This document shows, in pieces, positions 9,798-19,805 of a stretch of DNA of 64,000 nt. Location: the sequence record PV636258.1; one strand, 5' to 3'. The notes under the pieces are model-generated. The model saw nothing but the letters and a program-made list of their open reading frames with translations. It had not been told where the DNA came from and did no database searches. The stretch's first letter is position 1, and each line of letters begins with the position of its first letter. Origin of the DNA: a phage. A program made the translations under genes and the position numbers.

Positions 9798-10069
9798 TTA
9801 CCCCACCCGGTCCGGAAAAGGATAGATTTATATTCTTCTACCATGTTCTGGTCATAATGCGTAAGACGAGAATATGCTTTGGCTTCATAACTGTCAGCCC
9901 CAAGTTCAGTCGCCGCCATGGCCGCTTTCATGTTCAATGTGTTTTCATATCTGGATTCCATACCATGGGTTTCCAAATATTCTTTCGCCTGTACAAATCG
10001 GCGCTCACTCGCAAACAAGAAGTCATAATTTATTTCTGAAAATTCTTTGTTGTATGCTGCTAATGACAT
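9794..10069 (-). CDS. hypothetical protein (91 aa)
   Basis: ATG 10069 with AGAGGTG SD; track start 10114 would overlap upstream gene. Confidence 0.5.
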   Translation of the reverse strand: MSLAAYNKEFSEINYDFLFASERRFVQAKEYLETHGMESRYENTLNMKAAMAATELGADSYEAKAYSRLTHYDQNMVEEYKSILFRTGWGK

Positions 10070-10079
10070 AGTACACCTC

Positions 10080-10697
10080 TTAAATCGCGGGCCTCTGGAA
10101 CACTTCTGACACATTATAATCCACCCCGCGACTTTGAGCTATGCAAAGCTGTCTCCATGCACCATATAGAATATTCTGCTCTGCGACTTGATTGCGTTCA
10201 AAGTGGGCGAATTCTTCCAGCATCTGTTTGTACCCCAATAGATAAGGAGGGATATCTGTAGGTCTTCTTTTGCCCAAAGATTTAGACAAATATGATGCAT
10301 AATGTTCCGGTGAAGACAAAGATGAATATTGCATATTTGGAACGTGAACGGGCTTCAAAGATTTTCTAGGGGTGAAGTACAACAAACCCCACTTGGGAGG
10401 GAGGTCTTCAATTTTAATAACATCTGCTGGGCAAACATAGAAACGATATGCTCCCATGCCTATGGAAGGATTCATGCGATGAGGTTTCTTTTTGTCTGTC
10501 AGGAAGTCGGCGCGGGAGACTTTAACTTCCATTAATATAGAACAACCCCCAGGTCTGAACCCGATGGCGTCAGGGGATTCACGATTATCGAATGAATTTG
10601 GTTCTACGAACACAGCACCACAATTCATTTGTTTGTGTAGAAATTTTGCAGCGATTTGACAACCTTCTGAGTGAGAAGGTATAAAGATTTTGCCCAT
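10080..10697 (-). CDS. PD-(D/E)xK-type nuclease-like protein (205 aa)
   Basis: D...EVK arrangement (DAIGF...ILMEVKV) typical of restriction-endonuclease-fold nucleases; assignment by motif only. Confidence 0.5.
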   Translation of the reverse strand: MGKIFIPSHSEGCQIAAKFLHKQMNCGAVFVEPNSFDNRESPDAIGFRPGGCSILMEVKVSRADFLTDKKKPHRMNPSIGMGAYRFYVCPADVIKIEDLPPKWGLLYFTPRKSLKPVHVPNMQYSSLSSPEHYASYLSKSLGKRRPTDIPPYLLGYKQMLEEFAHFERNQVAEQNILYGAWRQLCIAQSRGVDYNVSEVFQRPAI

Positions 10698-10760
10698 TGT
10701 TATCTGTATCCTATTGATGACGAATGGGCAAAATTATAACCTGACGATGATCCTATTGAG

Positions 10761-11114
10761 TTAGGACAGTTGCTTCAGTTTGTAAATCGTTTGATAGCAC
10801 AGAGTCTTGATTTCGTCAAGCGTATTTTGTAAATGGCTATCACACTGATTGTAGATCCCATTAACGTCGATGATCACGCTGTTGATATACGATATCGGTT
10901 CAGGATTGTACAATTTGATGTTCTCGAATCCTGGAATGTATATACCTCCCGCACCAATATACGCTTCCGTAAAGGTGTCCAGCAAGTCCTCCAGTTCCCC
11001 GTAGAACTCCCCGAGTGCCTTGTGCTTGGCATAGGACGTTGTAACGAAGTGGAGGGCATGAGAGTGGGCTATAGCAAGCAGTCCACGGTTGATGAATATA
11101 CTCGCGTTAACCAT
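10761..11114 (-). CDS. hypothetical protein (117 aa), late-promoter context
   Basis: ATG 11114 with GAGGAA SD; CTAAATAC box 31 nt upstream. Confidence 0.55.
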   Translation of the reverse strand: MVNASIFINRGLLAIAHSHALHFVTTSYAKHKALGEFYGELEDLLDTFTEAYIGAGGIYIPGFENIKLYNPEPISYINSVIIDVNGIYNQCDSHLQNTLDEIKTLCYQTIYKLKQLS

Positions 11115-11128
11115 GATTGTTTCCTCAG

Positions 11129-11158
11129 AAAAAGAAATCCCCCTGTATTTAGGGGGAT
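11129..11158 (-). terminator. hairpin terminator containing CTAAATAC box
   Basis: stem atccccc/gggggat followed by TTCTTTTTCT on minus strand. Confidence 0.5.
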
Positions 11159-11163
11159 TGTCA

Positions 11164-11406
11164 TCAAGGCTTGATCAAAGTCAGCTTGACGGTTTCACCC
11201 GTGCTGGTGTTCGTCAGGGTCATAATGTTCTGTGCGTTCACAGACTTCACTTTCCCCTGATGTTTATCCCCGTTGCGATCATAGTAATCAATCAAATCGC
11301 CTTTGTTAGGGCGGCCAACGTCGGTGATGTCATACATGCCCTGCTGTCCAAGACGGCGATGGTCAACCTTTGCTTCCTTCAAGAGGAAGTCCTGGAATCC
11401 TTTCAT
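11164..11406 (-). CDS. hypothetical protein (80 aa)
   Basis: ATG 11406 with AAGGAGG SD. Confidence 0.55.
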   Translation of the reverse strand: MKGFQDFLLKEAKVDHRRLGQQGMYDITDVGRPNKGDLIDYYDRNGDKHQGKVKSVNAQNIMTLTNTSTGETVKLTLIKP

Positions 11407-11415
11407 ACAACCTCC

Positions 11416-11985
11416 TTAGACAGGTTTAACGCCGATATATTTGGCAATGTCCGCAGCTAGGGTTTTTCCCTTACTGATGTCATGCTGTTTGCCAGCGACT
11501 GTGACAATTACATATGGATCGTCTTCTCCGCCGAAGTCGATTGCGACAGGTTTTCCAATACCAGGAATACCGGAATATTCAAACTCTGTACGACCGCTTT
11601 TACGAGATTTGCCAACGCCCAGCGCTTTACCGATCATCTTATCCATGTTCGCCAATTCTTGGGCATAGGATTCTGTGACCTGACCTTTGCTGGCATCTTT
11701 CCCAAAGAAGAACTCAAAACCGTCATGAACGGCAACCACATCTTTACCGACAGAAACTGCATGAACCTGGTCCGGTGTGAGTTTTACTTTGGTGGTGTTG
11801 CCGTTAGTCAATTCCAGATTATAGATGTCGGCCTGATTATCTGGAGTGATCTGGGTTACGGTGGCACCAGTACACCATTGGGTTCCGTCGGCCTGTTTGG
11901 TGATGGTTACACTTTTGCCTTGTATGCCGCCATGAGTTTGCGGTTGTTGAGCTTGTTCTTTAAAATATTCGATAAACGGTTTCAT
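11416..11985 (-). CDS. hypothetical protein (189 aa), late-promoter context
   Basis: ATG 11985 with AGGAGA SD; CTAAATAC 25 nt upstream. Confidence 0.6.
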   Translation of the reverse strand: MKPFIEYFKEQAQQPQTHGGIQGKSVTITKQADGTQWCTGATVTQITPDNQADIYNLELTNGNTTKVKLTPDQVHAVSVGKDVVAVHDGFEFFFGKDASKGQVTESYAQELANMDKMIGKALGVGKSRKSGRTEFEYSGIPGIGKPVAIDFGGEDDPYVIVTVAGKQHDISKGKTLAADIAKYIGVKPV

Positions 11986-12010
11986 CGTGGATCTCCTAAG
12001 GATTTTGATG

Positions 12011-12017
12011 TATTTAG
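12011..12017 (-). promoter_or_regulatory. late-promoter-like box CTAAATA
   Basis: minus strand gggCTAAATACatc 25 nt upstream of ATG 11985. Confidence 0.4.
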
Positions 12018-12036
12018 CCCCCGAAGGGGCTATGAC

Positions 12037-14766
12037 TTATTTCAGACTAATCTGAAGATTACCACCCAGCGATTGTTCATATTCACTGTATGCACTATCA
12101 CCATTACTCATAGCCCATTCGTCGGATTGGCGAGCGCGTTCAAGGGTCATGAGATTTGGCTCGGTAGGATTATAGCCTTTAGATTTCGCGTCGTTGTATA
12201 CCGTTTGCAGGTATTGGTTGGCACGGTTGATCTGATCCTTGAATTCACGATATGCTCCTTCGGTCGTATTGCGACGGAAAGTGATATCCCAAGCAACATT
12301 CAGAACTGTACCATTACTGGCTGTGTATACCTGCCAATCCAGATCTCGTCCATTAGGAGCGCTGTCACGAATGGATTCGGCATAGGTGGCCAGATCACCT
12401 GCATTCTTACCTCCAGCAGCCTGATCTTTAGCCCGAGCCAGAGCATCAATGACTGCTGTGCGGTTCCTGGACTGCGCCAAATCTTTGTCTTGGAACATAA
12501 TCGCGCCAAATTTACTGACAGTGATGTCATTCAGGAACAGATTGTTAGGGTTATAGTTTGATGAACTGAGGTGGCTCAGTTGCGACGCTGCGTCTTTCAG
12601 GCGTCGAGAAATCTCATCCAATGCATCTTGCACTGATTTGACAGACAACGAAATATCATATCCATTGCTGTCTACTACATTTCGACCATTTTCAGTCAAC
12701 ATGGTGGTGATGTTGGCTTTGTTTCGATCGAAGTCGTAAGTTACGTTGGTAACGAATCTTGCGGCTTGCAACTTGCTGCCAGCAGGGAACTGGAAATCCC
12801 ACGCTACAGAGAAGCCATGAACGGTTTCACCAAAAAATTTAGCATTGCTTGGTACTTTGATGTTTGCAGTGATCACTGCATTTTCACTGGAATTGGTGTT
12901 GATTTCACCAAAGATAGTACGCTCGTCGGAAGATTGAACCAACAGAGTATCTTTTCCACGCCAATCATAGCGGACTTTGAATGTTGTACGAGGAAACTCT
13001 TTCATCAGATCAAGTTTGACCGCCTTGCCCAAGGTAAACCGATTCAGCAGAGCGTCAGCGATCTTCAATGTGAAAGAACCGCAATCAACGTAAGAATATC
13101 CCTGAGAACGGGAAATTTTTTGAATCGGATATGGGGCACCGTTAATAGGAACAACACGGCATTCTACTTCTCCTGCAAATTGAGAATCGGCTGCACGGGA
13201 GATTGCGCCCACTATTTCATAAGCGGCGTTTTTCACGTCTCCTTCCAGCATAAGTTGGTCATGACCAGACAAATCTGATACTACTTCTACAGAAAGTTTT
13301 CCGTTGACAATTCCCCAGAAATAAACCTGAATGTCCAGACCACCCGAAGTACGATATTTGCCCGCACCGATTCGTGTTAGTTTCTCACCTGCATACATAC
13401 CGACCTGTTGTGGAGCATATGTATCAACGATACCCAAGATGCGGGCGATATAACCCTGGTTGCGCAGATCATCCATAGAACCGGTTTTTGGAAGAGTTTT
13501 CATGTCGACGGGAGCAGTAGCCCCTATTCCAAATTCAACATATGCCACAATCTTGCCGCCGGACTTCAGTTCCCACCCCATTCCCTGACGGTCAGAAGCT
13601 GCCATGATTTTGCGATCCACTTCACCGCGACCGACATATTCTTTGTTGAATACGGTCACCTGAGCGATAGATTGGGAGCGGGCAATCTTCGCCATTGCGC
13701 CATCTTTGACCATGATGGCCAGATCATTGGAACTCAGAGTCACATCGTTCGCACCGACTACCTTCACAACAGAACTGAAGATACCGTTGGACTTCGCCAT
13801 GATTGAAATGTTCCAGTCAGGATTGGTAGAATCTGAATTGCTGGTGTCAACATCCACAACAAGTACAACCTGCCCGCCTTTCTTGAACGTGTACTGGTCA
13901 TACAACCCTTTCTTCTGTTTAGACATGTCTGCGCCGATTAAGTCCTGGTTGGTGAAACCGCGCTTCATGCTCCAGGATACTTCTGTGCCATCCAGGTATT
14001 TATCAAAATTGTAGCCATAGAAGGTGGCAACTTCACGGGAACCGCTCACCAGTCGGACGTAGTTTCCGCGGATAGGGTCGCGACCATTCTTCAATTCAAG
14101 GCTAGTGTCGGAAGAGTTATACCAATCACGGTTGACTTCAACCTCTGAACTGTTGTAAGAAGATGAAGTCCCCACATCCAGAGTATCGTTCTGAACCGGA
14201 ACGTCACCGACTTTGTCCGGATCATCCCATGTGACACCTTTCATTTTCGGGCCATCAAATACCTGAGCAGGATCCTTACCTTTACGCACAACCCATACAA
14301 ATGCACGATCAGGGATAGGGGTATACGTCAGGTCCATGACATTGAGCTTCTGCTTCAGGCCGGACTGACGGATGATCTTCGGCAGGAGGGTAACACCACG
14401 TTCCAATGCTTTCTTGGAGAAGTTAATTGCAAAGCCGTCAATGGTTTTACCCAAAGGCGTCGCCATGAATTGCTTTGTTGCTTCAATCATGGATGCGATA
14501 ACGCGCATCGGATTCTTGAAACGACCGATGGCATCGGGATATGTGGAACCACGCTTCTGACCGATAAAGACTTGGCGAACATTCTTGCCTAGACCTTGTG
14601 GGGTATAGAATTGAATACGGAATTCTTTTTCGTCTTCATCAACAAATGTGAAGAAAATGTCGCCAGCGTTCTTCTTGCCGAATGTCAATTCATACGGGGA
14701 TGAGTTAAACGCTTCGTCTAATTGTTTAGACTCTTCAAGAAAGTTCAAGAAAGATGGGATGGCCAT
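12037..14766 (-). CDS. large hypothetical protein (909 aa)
   Basis: long uninterrupted ORF, AGGAGA SD; no motif recognised. Confidence 0.7.
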   Translation of the reverse strand: MAIPSFLNFLEESKQLDEAFNSSPYELTFGKKNAGDIFFTFVDEDEKEFRIQFYTPQGLGKNVRQVFIGQKRGSTYPDAIGRFKNPMRVIASMIEATKQFMATPLGKTIDGFAINFSKKALERGVTLLPKIIRQSGLKQKLNVMDLTYTPIPDRAFVWVVRKGKDPAQVFDGPKMKGVTWDDPDKVGDVPVQNDTLDVGTSSSYNSSEVEVNRDWYNSSDTSLELKNGRDPIRGNYVRLVSGSREVATFYGYNFDKYLDGTEVSWSMKRGFTNQDLIGADMSKQKKGLYDQYTFKKGGQVVLVVDVDTSNSDSTNPDWNISIMAKSNGIFSSVVKVVGANDVTLSSNDLAIMVKDGAMAKIARSQSIAQVTVFNKEYVGRGEVDRKIMAASDRQGMGWELKSGGKIVAYVEFGIGATAPVDMKTLPKTGSMDDLRNQGYIARILGIVDTYAPQQVGMYAGEKLTRIGAGKYRTSGGLDIQVYFWGIVNGKLSVEVVSDLSGHDQLMLEGDVKNAAYEIVGAISRAADSQFAGEVECRVVPINGAPYPIQKISRSQGYSYVDCGSFTLKIADALLNRFTLGKAVKLDLMKEFPRTTFKVRYDWRGKDTLLVQSSDERTIFGEINTNSSENAVITANIKVPSNAKFFGETVHGFSVAWDFQFPAGSKLQAARFVTNVTYDFDRNKANITTMLTENGRNVVDSNGYDISLSVKSVQDALDEISRRLKDAASQLSHLSSSNYNPNNLFLNDITVSKFGAIMFQDKDLAQSRNRTAVIDALARAKDQAAGGKNAGDLATYAESIRDSAPNGRDLDWQVYTASNGTVLNVAWDITFRRNTTEGAYREFKDQINRANQYLQTVYNDAKSKGYNPTEPNLMTLERARQSDEWAMSNGDSAYSEYEQSLGGNLQISLK

Positions 14767-14834
14767 TGTAATTCTCCTGATTATAAAATCGGTGCGGTTT
14801 CCCTTAATTAGCGAAAAGAAAGGGGTGCTTCTTA

Positions 14835-15110
14835 TTAACGACGAAACGGGCGAGACGCGTTTTGGCGATTGTTGTAATTCTTATCAAATTGTGCCAACGC
14901 CGCCGGACTCCATTCGCGTTCCCATTCTTTGTCAACTTCGGTTTGGTTGGCAGGTTCAATCATTTCAGCAGTAGGAAAATCGCGTTTCATAATTTCACGC
15001 AATTGTTCAGAAGGGGCGGTTTGGGCGTGGACTAATTCTTCACCGTCGTAAACTTTGGCCATCAACCATTTGCTGCCGTAACGGATATATGCGTCGAGGA
15101 TGATTTTCAT
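14835..15110 (-). CDS. hypothetical protein (91 aa)
   Basis: ATG 15110 with AGGAA SD; early promoter upstream. Confidence 0.5.
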   Translation of the reverse strand: MKIILDAYIRYGSKWLMAKVYDGEELVHAQTAPSEQLREIMKRDFPTAEMIEPANQTEVDKEWEREWSPAALAQFDKNYNNRQNASRPFRR

Positions 15111-15158
15111 AATGTAGTTCCTGCTTTTCAAGTTGGTGTCGTACTGCTTATGTTTAGA

Positions 15159-15186
15159 ATTATACGTGGGTTATTGAAGAAGTAAA
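15159..15186 (-). promoter_or_regulatory. sigma70-like early promoter TTTACTtcttcaataa...TATAAT
   Basis: minus strand TTTACTtcttcaataacccacgTATAAT immediately after hairpin 15187..15200. Confidence 0.5.
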
Positions 15187-15206
15187 GGGGCTTTTGCCCC
15201 TTTTAT
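15187..15206 (-). terminator. hairpin terminator ggggcttttgcccc
   Basis: perfect 5-bp GC stem with flanking A/T runs downstream of 15215..15853. Confidence 0.5.
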
Positions 15207-15214
15207 TGAATAAT

Positions 15215-15853
15215 TTAAGGTGTTGGGTTGACAACGGGAATATGGAACCTGATCCCAGAGACAATGTCCTTCAACTGTGGCTGCCAACCCGTGACCAAAC
15301 GGGGTAGCGCATTAGAACCAGGATAGACAATAATGATATCGCTTCCGGTTACATTATGTTGAGGGAATTGTGACATGTATTGCTCCATCGTCACCCCTGG
15401 GTCTATCAACACAGGACCGACATCCGAAGATGCATATGTTGCCCCCAAACCGTCGACGCCCCATGCTAATATTCCATAATCAGGAATATTGGCTTCAGAA
15501 GTTATGGTGAATCCGAAGATACGATTCAGCGCAGAAAAATCATACACGCCGTGAGCACTGTCATATGTCAGATAACCCTTTGCCAGCATATCGGCGAATA
15601 TCGCGTCTGTGTCACCAGTTGCCGGAGTCGGTATGGTAAACAATAACTCACCAGCAGGAGGTGATGGATACGTGCCGAGCGCATAAAGGCACCAAGCGTC
15701 AATGCATTTCTTGATGAATGCTTCAGGCGCGACATAATCCGCAAGGCGCATTGTACCGGAATATTCTGAAGTAATGATCCCTTCCTTCGCGCCCTGAATA
15801 GCCAGAAACACCATTATGTGTTCATATCCGGTCTGAGATGGAGTGATATTCAT
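15215..15853 (-). CDS. hypothetical protein (212 aa)
   Basis: ATG 15853 overlapping stop of upstream gene (TAATG). Confidence 0.6.
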   Translation of the reverse strand: MNITPSQTGYEHIMVFLAIQGAKEGIITSEYSGTMRLADYVAPEAFIKKCIDAWCLYALGTYPSPPAGELLFTIPTPATGDTDAIFADMLAKGYLTYDSAHGVYDFSALNRIFGFTITSEANIPDYGILAWGVDGLGATYASSDVGPVLIDPGVTMEQYMSQFPQHNVTGSDIIIVYPGSNALPRLVTGWQPQLKDIVSGIRFHIPVVNPTP

Positions 15854-16470
15854 TATCTGGTCCTCTTGAGTTTCTCAATCGTGCGCTTATTCATGGCGAT
15901 CACTCCTGGGTCGACCTTTGGGTTTATTGCCATGCCTTTGAAAGACACACATCGTTGAAGATATTTAGCCTTCTTCACGACGTCGGCTGCATAAGAATTG
16001 GATTTCTGGTTACGATTGAACCCAGCATTGTAAGAGGAAAGGGATTTGCGGATGTTTTGGTTATGATATTCTAGCCAGAAATTCATTTCATCAAGGGCAG
16101 CATTGGCAGCATATTCTTGATTGACCAGTAATTTGATCGCGACATTGGCGTAACACTTCTGCGTTTTGCATCCCTCCCGTTTCCCGACGGTTTGGACGCG
16201 ATTTTGAAATGCCCCCATATTAGCCGATTTGAGGTTATTCCGCATGGATACAACATCTTCTCCGGCGCGGCTTTCCCTCCATGATATTGCGGCGAGAGTG
16301 AAACCAAGGTCTTGTTGTTTTCCCACGTGATAGGCTGTGGCCATGGTTGAAAGTTGTTGATCAGAAAACTCATAATCACATTGGGTGGTACTTTGGGAAG
16401 CGTGCACACTCCCGCTGGCAATGGTAAAGGTCACGGACAAGGCCATGGCCTTCAACGTTGTCATCGTCAT
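15853..16470 (-). CDS. secreted lytic transglycosylase-like protein (SLT domain) with signal peptide
   Basis: N-terminal signal peptide MTMTTLKAMALSVTFTIASGSVHA; catalytic-type ES motif (WRESRAGED) followed by GAFQ; AAGGAA SD. Confidence 0.6.
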   Translation of the reverse strand: MTMTTLKAMALSVTFTIASGSVHASQSTTQCDYEFSDQQLSTMATAYHVGKQQDLGFTLAAISWRESRAGEDVVSMRNNLKSANMGAFQNRVQTVGKREGCKTQKCYANVAIKLLVNQEYAANAALDEMNFWLEYHNQNIRKSLSSYNAGFNRNQKSNSYAADVVKKAKYLQRCVSFKGMAINPKVDPGVIAMNKRTIEKLKRTR

Positions 16471-16548
16471 GATGGCGTTCCTTATGTGTTTGTCGACTTG
16501 CAGCTCGCTGGAGCCTCCTGACAGGGTTAAAAGATAAAGGGCACGTGA

Positions 16549-16555
16549 TATTTAG
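16549..16555 (-). promoter_or_regulatory. late-promoter-like box CTAAATA in hairpin loop
   Basis: minus strand gggcaCTAAATATCacgtgccc, about 78 nt upstream of SLT gene start. Confidence 0.3.
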
Positions 16556-16566
16556 TGCCCTTCACC

Positions 16567-16851
16567 TTATTCGTAGATCAGATGGTATGATTCCTCGATG
16601 CATTCCAACCAACCGTAGACAAATTCCATAGGATCATCCCAAGCTGTATGGGAAGCAATAGTGAAATCCCCGTCCAAGATTTGCATATCAGTATATTTGT
16701 TGAAACCTAACACGGCATCAACGACTATTAAGCCACCTTGCTCTAGATAACGCTTTGGGGTCAACGTTACCTGATAATGTTTGTTTCGCTGATTCCATAA
16801 CTCGACAGCGATATCACAAGCAATCTGAATTTCATCTTTCTCTTCTGACAT
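16567..16851 (-). CDS. hypothetical protein (94 aa)
   Basis: ATG 16851; overlaps end of upstream ORF. Confidence 0.45.
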   Translation of the reverse strand: MSEEKDEIQIACDIAVELWNQRNKHYQVTLTPKRYLEQGGLIVVDAVLGFNKYTDMQILDGDFTIASHTAWDDPMEFVYGWLECIEESYHLIYE

Positions 16852-17161
16852 ATGTTTGTCTCAAATATTCAGTAAAAGATTTACCCAACTTGCGGAATAG
16901 TTTAATACGACCGATCACTTTGACATAAACATCTCCATGACATGGGCGCGGCTTACACCAGCATCCCAAGGTCTTTCCATCTAATTCAAGGAGTTCATCC
17001 TCGGTGATATCCCCTTCAATCAGGCGCACATACAAATCGTCTTCAAACAACTCAATACAGTTTCCCCGCCCGTGGTCTCTGACCTCGAACGGGTTTCCCC
17101 ATTTACCAGGGCGACCAATGTAGACGTCGTATGGCTCCTTCTTGAAGTGGACGACTTTCAT
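16832..17161 (-). CDS. DUF4326-like protein (109 aa)
   Basis: YDVYIGRPGKWGNPF ... GKTLGCWCKPRPCHGDV arrangement characteristic of DUF4326. Confidence 0.55.
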   Translation of the reverse strand: MKVVHFKKEPYDVYIGRPGKWGNPFEVRDHGRGNCIELFEDDLYVRLIEGDITEDELLELDGKTLGCWCKPRPCHGDVYVKVIGRIKLFRKLGKSFTEYLRQTYVRRER

Positions 17162-17466
17162 TCCAGTTCTTCATTGTCAGAGATTCTTACCAGAAACGCC
17201 TGGTCTCTGTTTGCTTCAAGATCAACGAATCTTCGACTTCCGATAGCTTCAATTTTCCACCAATCGAAAGAACACCAATTCTTGATGATACATTTGATAG
17301 CTTTTTGCTGCATACTACAATGAGCGCGGCGATAGCGTTCCTTGTATTTCTTTGTCCAACCGTGGTTGTCCGCCTTGTGATCATAAATAAACATCAGGCG
17401 AATAGCTTTGTACAGGCGCTTTTCAGCGCCCTTAGATTTCTTCGATACCCTGATCATGATATGCAT
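17158..17466 (-). CDS. hypothetical basic protein (102 aa)
   Basis: ATG 17466; ATGA overlap with downstream gene. Confidence 0.5.
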   Translation of the reverse strand: MHIMIRVSKKSKGAEKRLYKAIRLMFIYDHKADNHGWTKKYKERYRRAHCSMQQKAIKCIIKNWCSFDWWKIEAIGSRRFVDLEANRDQAFLVRISDNEELE

Positions 17467-17469
17467 GCG

Positions 17470-19803
17470 TTAATCCTTCTTAATCACTTCGGTCATGCCA
17501 TTACGCAGACCATAACGAATGTTGTGCTGGAAATATTCTTGGAACTCCTGTTCACGCTGACTGATGACAAACAGATTGTTCCCACCAAATTTATGTTTCA
17601 ACATCTCGACGGATTCTTGAACCCCTCGCTCACTCATGTTTTCGAGTATCTCATCCAACACGAAGAGGTTACATTGTACAGACGCCTTCAGGTTAGCGAC
17701 GTCCCGCAGGGCTAATGTCACCGCCAGATTGAGTCGGCTGCGTTGTCCCGTAGACAGGGAGAATATGCTTTGCCCTTTACGACCTGCAGCGCTCATGGTG
17801 ATTTCAAATGTATCATCAACCGCAATATCCAAGAACATATTGAGTGCTTCAAGATACTCGTTTATTTTACTATTGAGGAAAGGCAAATACAGGCTGATAA
17901 TTCGAGCCTTGGTCTGATCATCTTTTAGGAAGAACAGAAGATGGTTCAGGTCTTGCAATTTCTCATCCAACTCTACGCGCCGCGCATTCAGATCTTCCAT
18001 TAATGCCGTGATGCGAGCGATCTCTCCTTCCAGGGCGTCAGTTGGTGTCGGCTTAACCGCCAATTTACGCTCTAAATCGGCAATGGATGCCTCCAGAGGG
18101 GCACGGCGTGATTTCAGGCTGGTGAGTTTATCAGCCGTGTCGTTGATACTCTTAGAGAGCTGCTCACGGGCTTGGCGAATAGAAGTTGTGATATCTTCAT
18201 AACGGGTGTCTACGGCCTTGAGGACGTCGTTAATTTTGGACTGTTGTTCCCGCTGTAAAGATGTTTTCTCAACAGCAGCGACATCATAGAATCCTTGGAT
18301 GTCGCGTTTTAATGTAGTGATCGCTGATTCCGCTTCTCGGATTTCATTGCGCAAAGCATCCAGTTCTTTGTCAATAACCGAAATTTGAGAAGATAATTCT
18401 GAATCTCTGACATTGTAATTCTCAATCAGGGAATTCACTTCTTCTAGGGCTGTATCAACCTGAAGAATCTTGTCAGTCAGTTCACTGATTTGTGGATAAT
18501 ATTGACTTTCAATGCGTGATTTGGTATCGTCCGACACTAATTGCGTACACGTAGGGCAAGTGCCCATATCGTGGAAACGTTTGATGGCAGATTCATGTCC
18601 TTCCATTTCTGTTACGAATTTGATACGGAAGTTCTCACCCTGCTGACGCCGCGCTAATGCTTTGTTCAGTTCATCCAGGTTAGCATTCCGTTGGCTGACC
18701 AGATCATTTTTACGTTCCGCGACTACCGCCATTCTCTCCCGAATTTCTTGTAATGAACGTTCTCCATCAGACACCTCGATACGCTCATAGTCTTCAGCCT
18801 TGGTATCAGCCTCATCCTGAACCGCTTGGATTTTGGCCGCATACTCTTCATTGATGGCATCGATATCCCCTTTCATTTCGGCATTCAGTCTATTTCGAAC
18901 ATCTGATAATTCTGATTCCAATTTAGAGTCTTGAGCACGGGACTCTGTCAGTTGTTCCTGCACTGCGCCGATATCTGAATTCAGGCTATTCAGACGTTCC
19001 TTCTCTTGGACAAGAATATCCGCAGATTGTTGCTGGATCATCGCATTGGAATTATTGATCTGTTCCAACTGCGCTTGCTGGCCTTTTAGATTCACATCAT
19101 GAAAGGCGTAATCATTGGTGACCGTCGTGAGTTCATTCGTTACTGTCTTGATAGATGCTTTTACATCTTCATTCATCAGACTGAAGAACCCCAAATCCCA
19201 GATTGTCTCTACCATAGCGCGACGGTCGGCAGTGTACATTTCCGTGAATGGGATGAACTTCTCTTTGCCTAGAACCAGGGAGTTCTCAAACATCTTCTGG
19301 TCTACGCCAATCAGGTTCACGATATATTTGTTCATGTCGGCTTTGGCCGCATCATTCACGACCTGCTTCCACTGACCGTCTACCATCTGATAGACTTCTA
19401 CGAAATCAGGTTTGATACCACGACGGACTTTCCATTCACTTCCTCGAGTGGAGAACTCAACTTCACCCACGCATTCCTTTTTGTTTTGAGAGTTAACCAA
19501 TCCGGCTTTCTTTTCTTTCTTACTGTATGTGTCGTTGTACAGAACGAAGAATAACAACCAAACAAGCATGGTAGATTTACCAGCGCCATTGTCATCGGAT
19601 GTAACCAAGGTTGCCGAATTGCGTTGGTAATCAATTTCCATGAATTCATTACCGATGGAACGGAAGTTTTTAGCGCGACCGCGATGGAAAGTCAGTTTGT
19701 GGGTAATTTCCCCACGGATTTCAAATGGTGCTTCAACAGAAACAGGAGTGTCCGCTTCTTTCAACAGCGAACCAAATTTTGATAATAGGTCTACATTGCT
19801 CAT
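17470..19803 (-). CDS. 46: recombination endonuclease subunit, Rad50/SbcC-like (T4 gp46-like)
   Basis: Walker A DDNGAGKST, long coiled-coil, zinc hook CPTC, C-terminal signature and D-loop (LFVLDE); 777 aa. Confidence 0.9.
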   Translation of the reverse strand: MSNVDLLSKFGSLLKEADTPVSVEAPFEIRGEITHKLTFHRGRAKNFRSIGNEFMEIDYQRNSATLVTSDDNGAGKSTMLVWLLFFVLYNDTYSKKEKKAGLVNSQNKKECVGEVEFSTRGSEWKVRRGIKPDFVEVYQMVDGQWKQVVNDAAKADMNKYIVNLIGVDQKMFENSLVLGKEKFIPFTEMYTADRRAMVETIWDLGFFSLMNEDVKASIKTVTNELTTVTNDYAFHDVNLKGQQAQLEQINNSNAMIQQQSADILVQEKERLNSLNSDIGAVQEQLTESRAQDSKLESELSDVRNRLNAEMKGDIDAINEEYAAKIQAVQDEADTKAEDYERIEVSDGERSLQEIRERMAVVAERKNDLVSQRNANLDELNKALARRQQGENFRIKFVTEMEGHESAIKRFHDMGTCPTCTQLVSDDTKSRIESQYYPQISELTDKILQVDTALEEVNSLIENYNVRDSELSSQISVIDKELDALRNEIREAESAITTLKRDIQGFYDVAAVEKTSLQREQQSKINDVLKAVDTRYEDITTSIRQAREQLSKSINDTADKLTSLKSRRAPLEASIADLERKLAVKPTPTDALEGEIARITALMEDLNARRVELDEKLQDLNHLLFFLKDDQTKARIISLYLPFLNSKINEYLEALNMFLDIAVDDTFEITMSAAGRKGQSIFSLSTGQRSRLNLAVTLALRDVANLKASVQCNLFVLDEILENMSERGVQESVEMLKHKFGGNNLFVISQREQEFQEYFQHNIRYGLRNGMTEVIKKD

Positions 19804-19805
19804 TA

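Noticed and set aside
11482-12561. Long plus-strand ORFs (for example 11482..12561, 7722..8408, 34204..34983, 53381..54166, 59805..60458)
   Set aside because: They lie antisense to strongly supported minus-strand genes (909-aa ORF, RyR protein, gp23, gp18), lack SD sequences and have low-complexity translations; treated as shadow ORFs.
16083-16421. Alternative-frame ORFs nested in supported genes (16083..16421, 34170..34628, 54190..54396)
   Set aside because: Fully contained within better-supported genes in another frame, without independent start signals.
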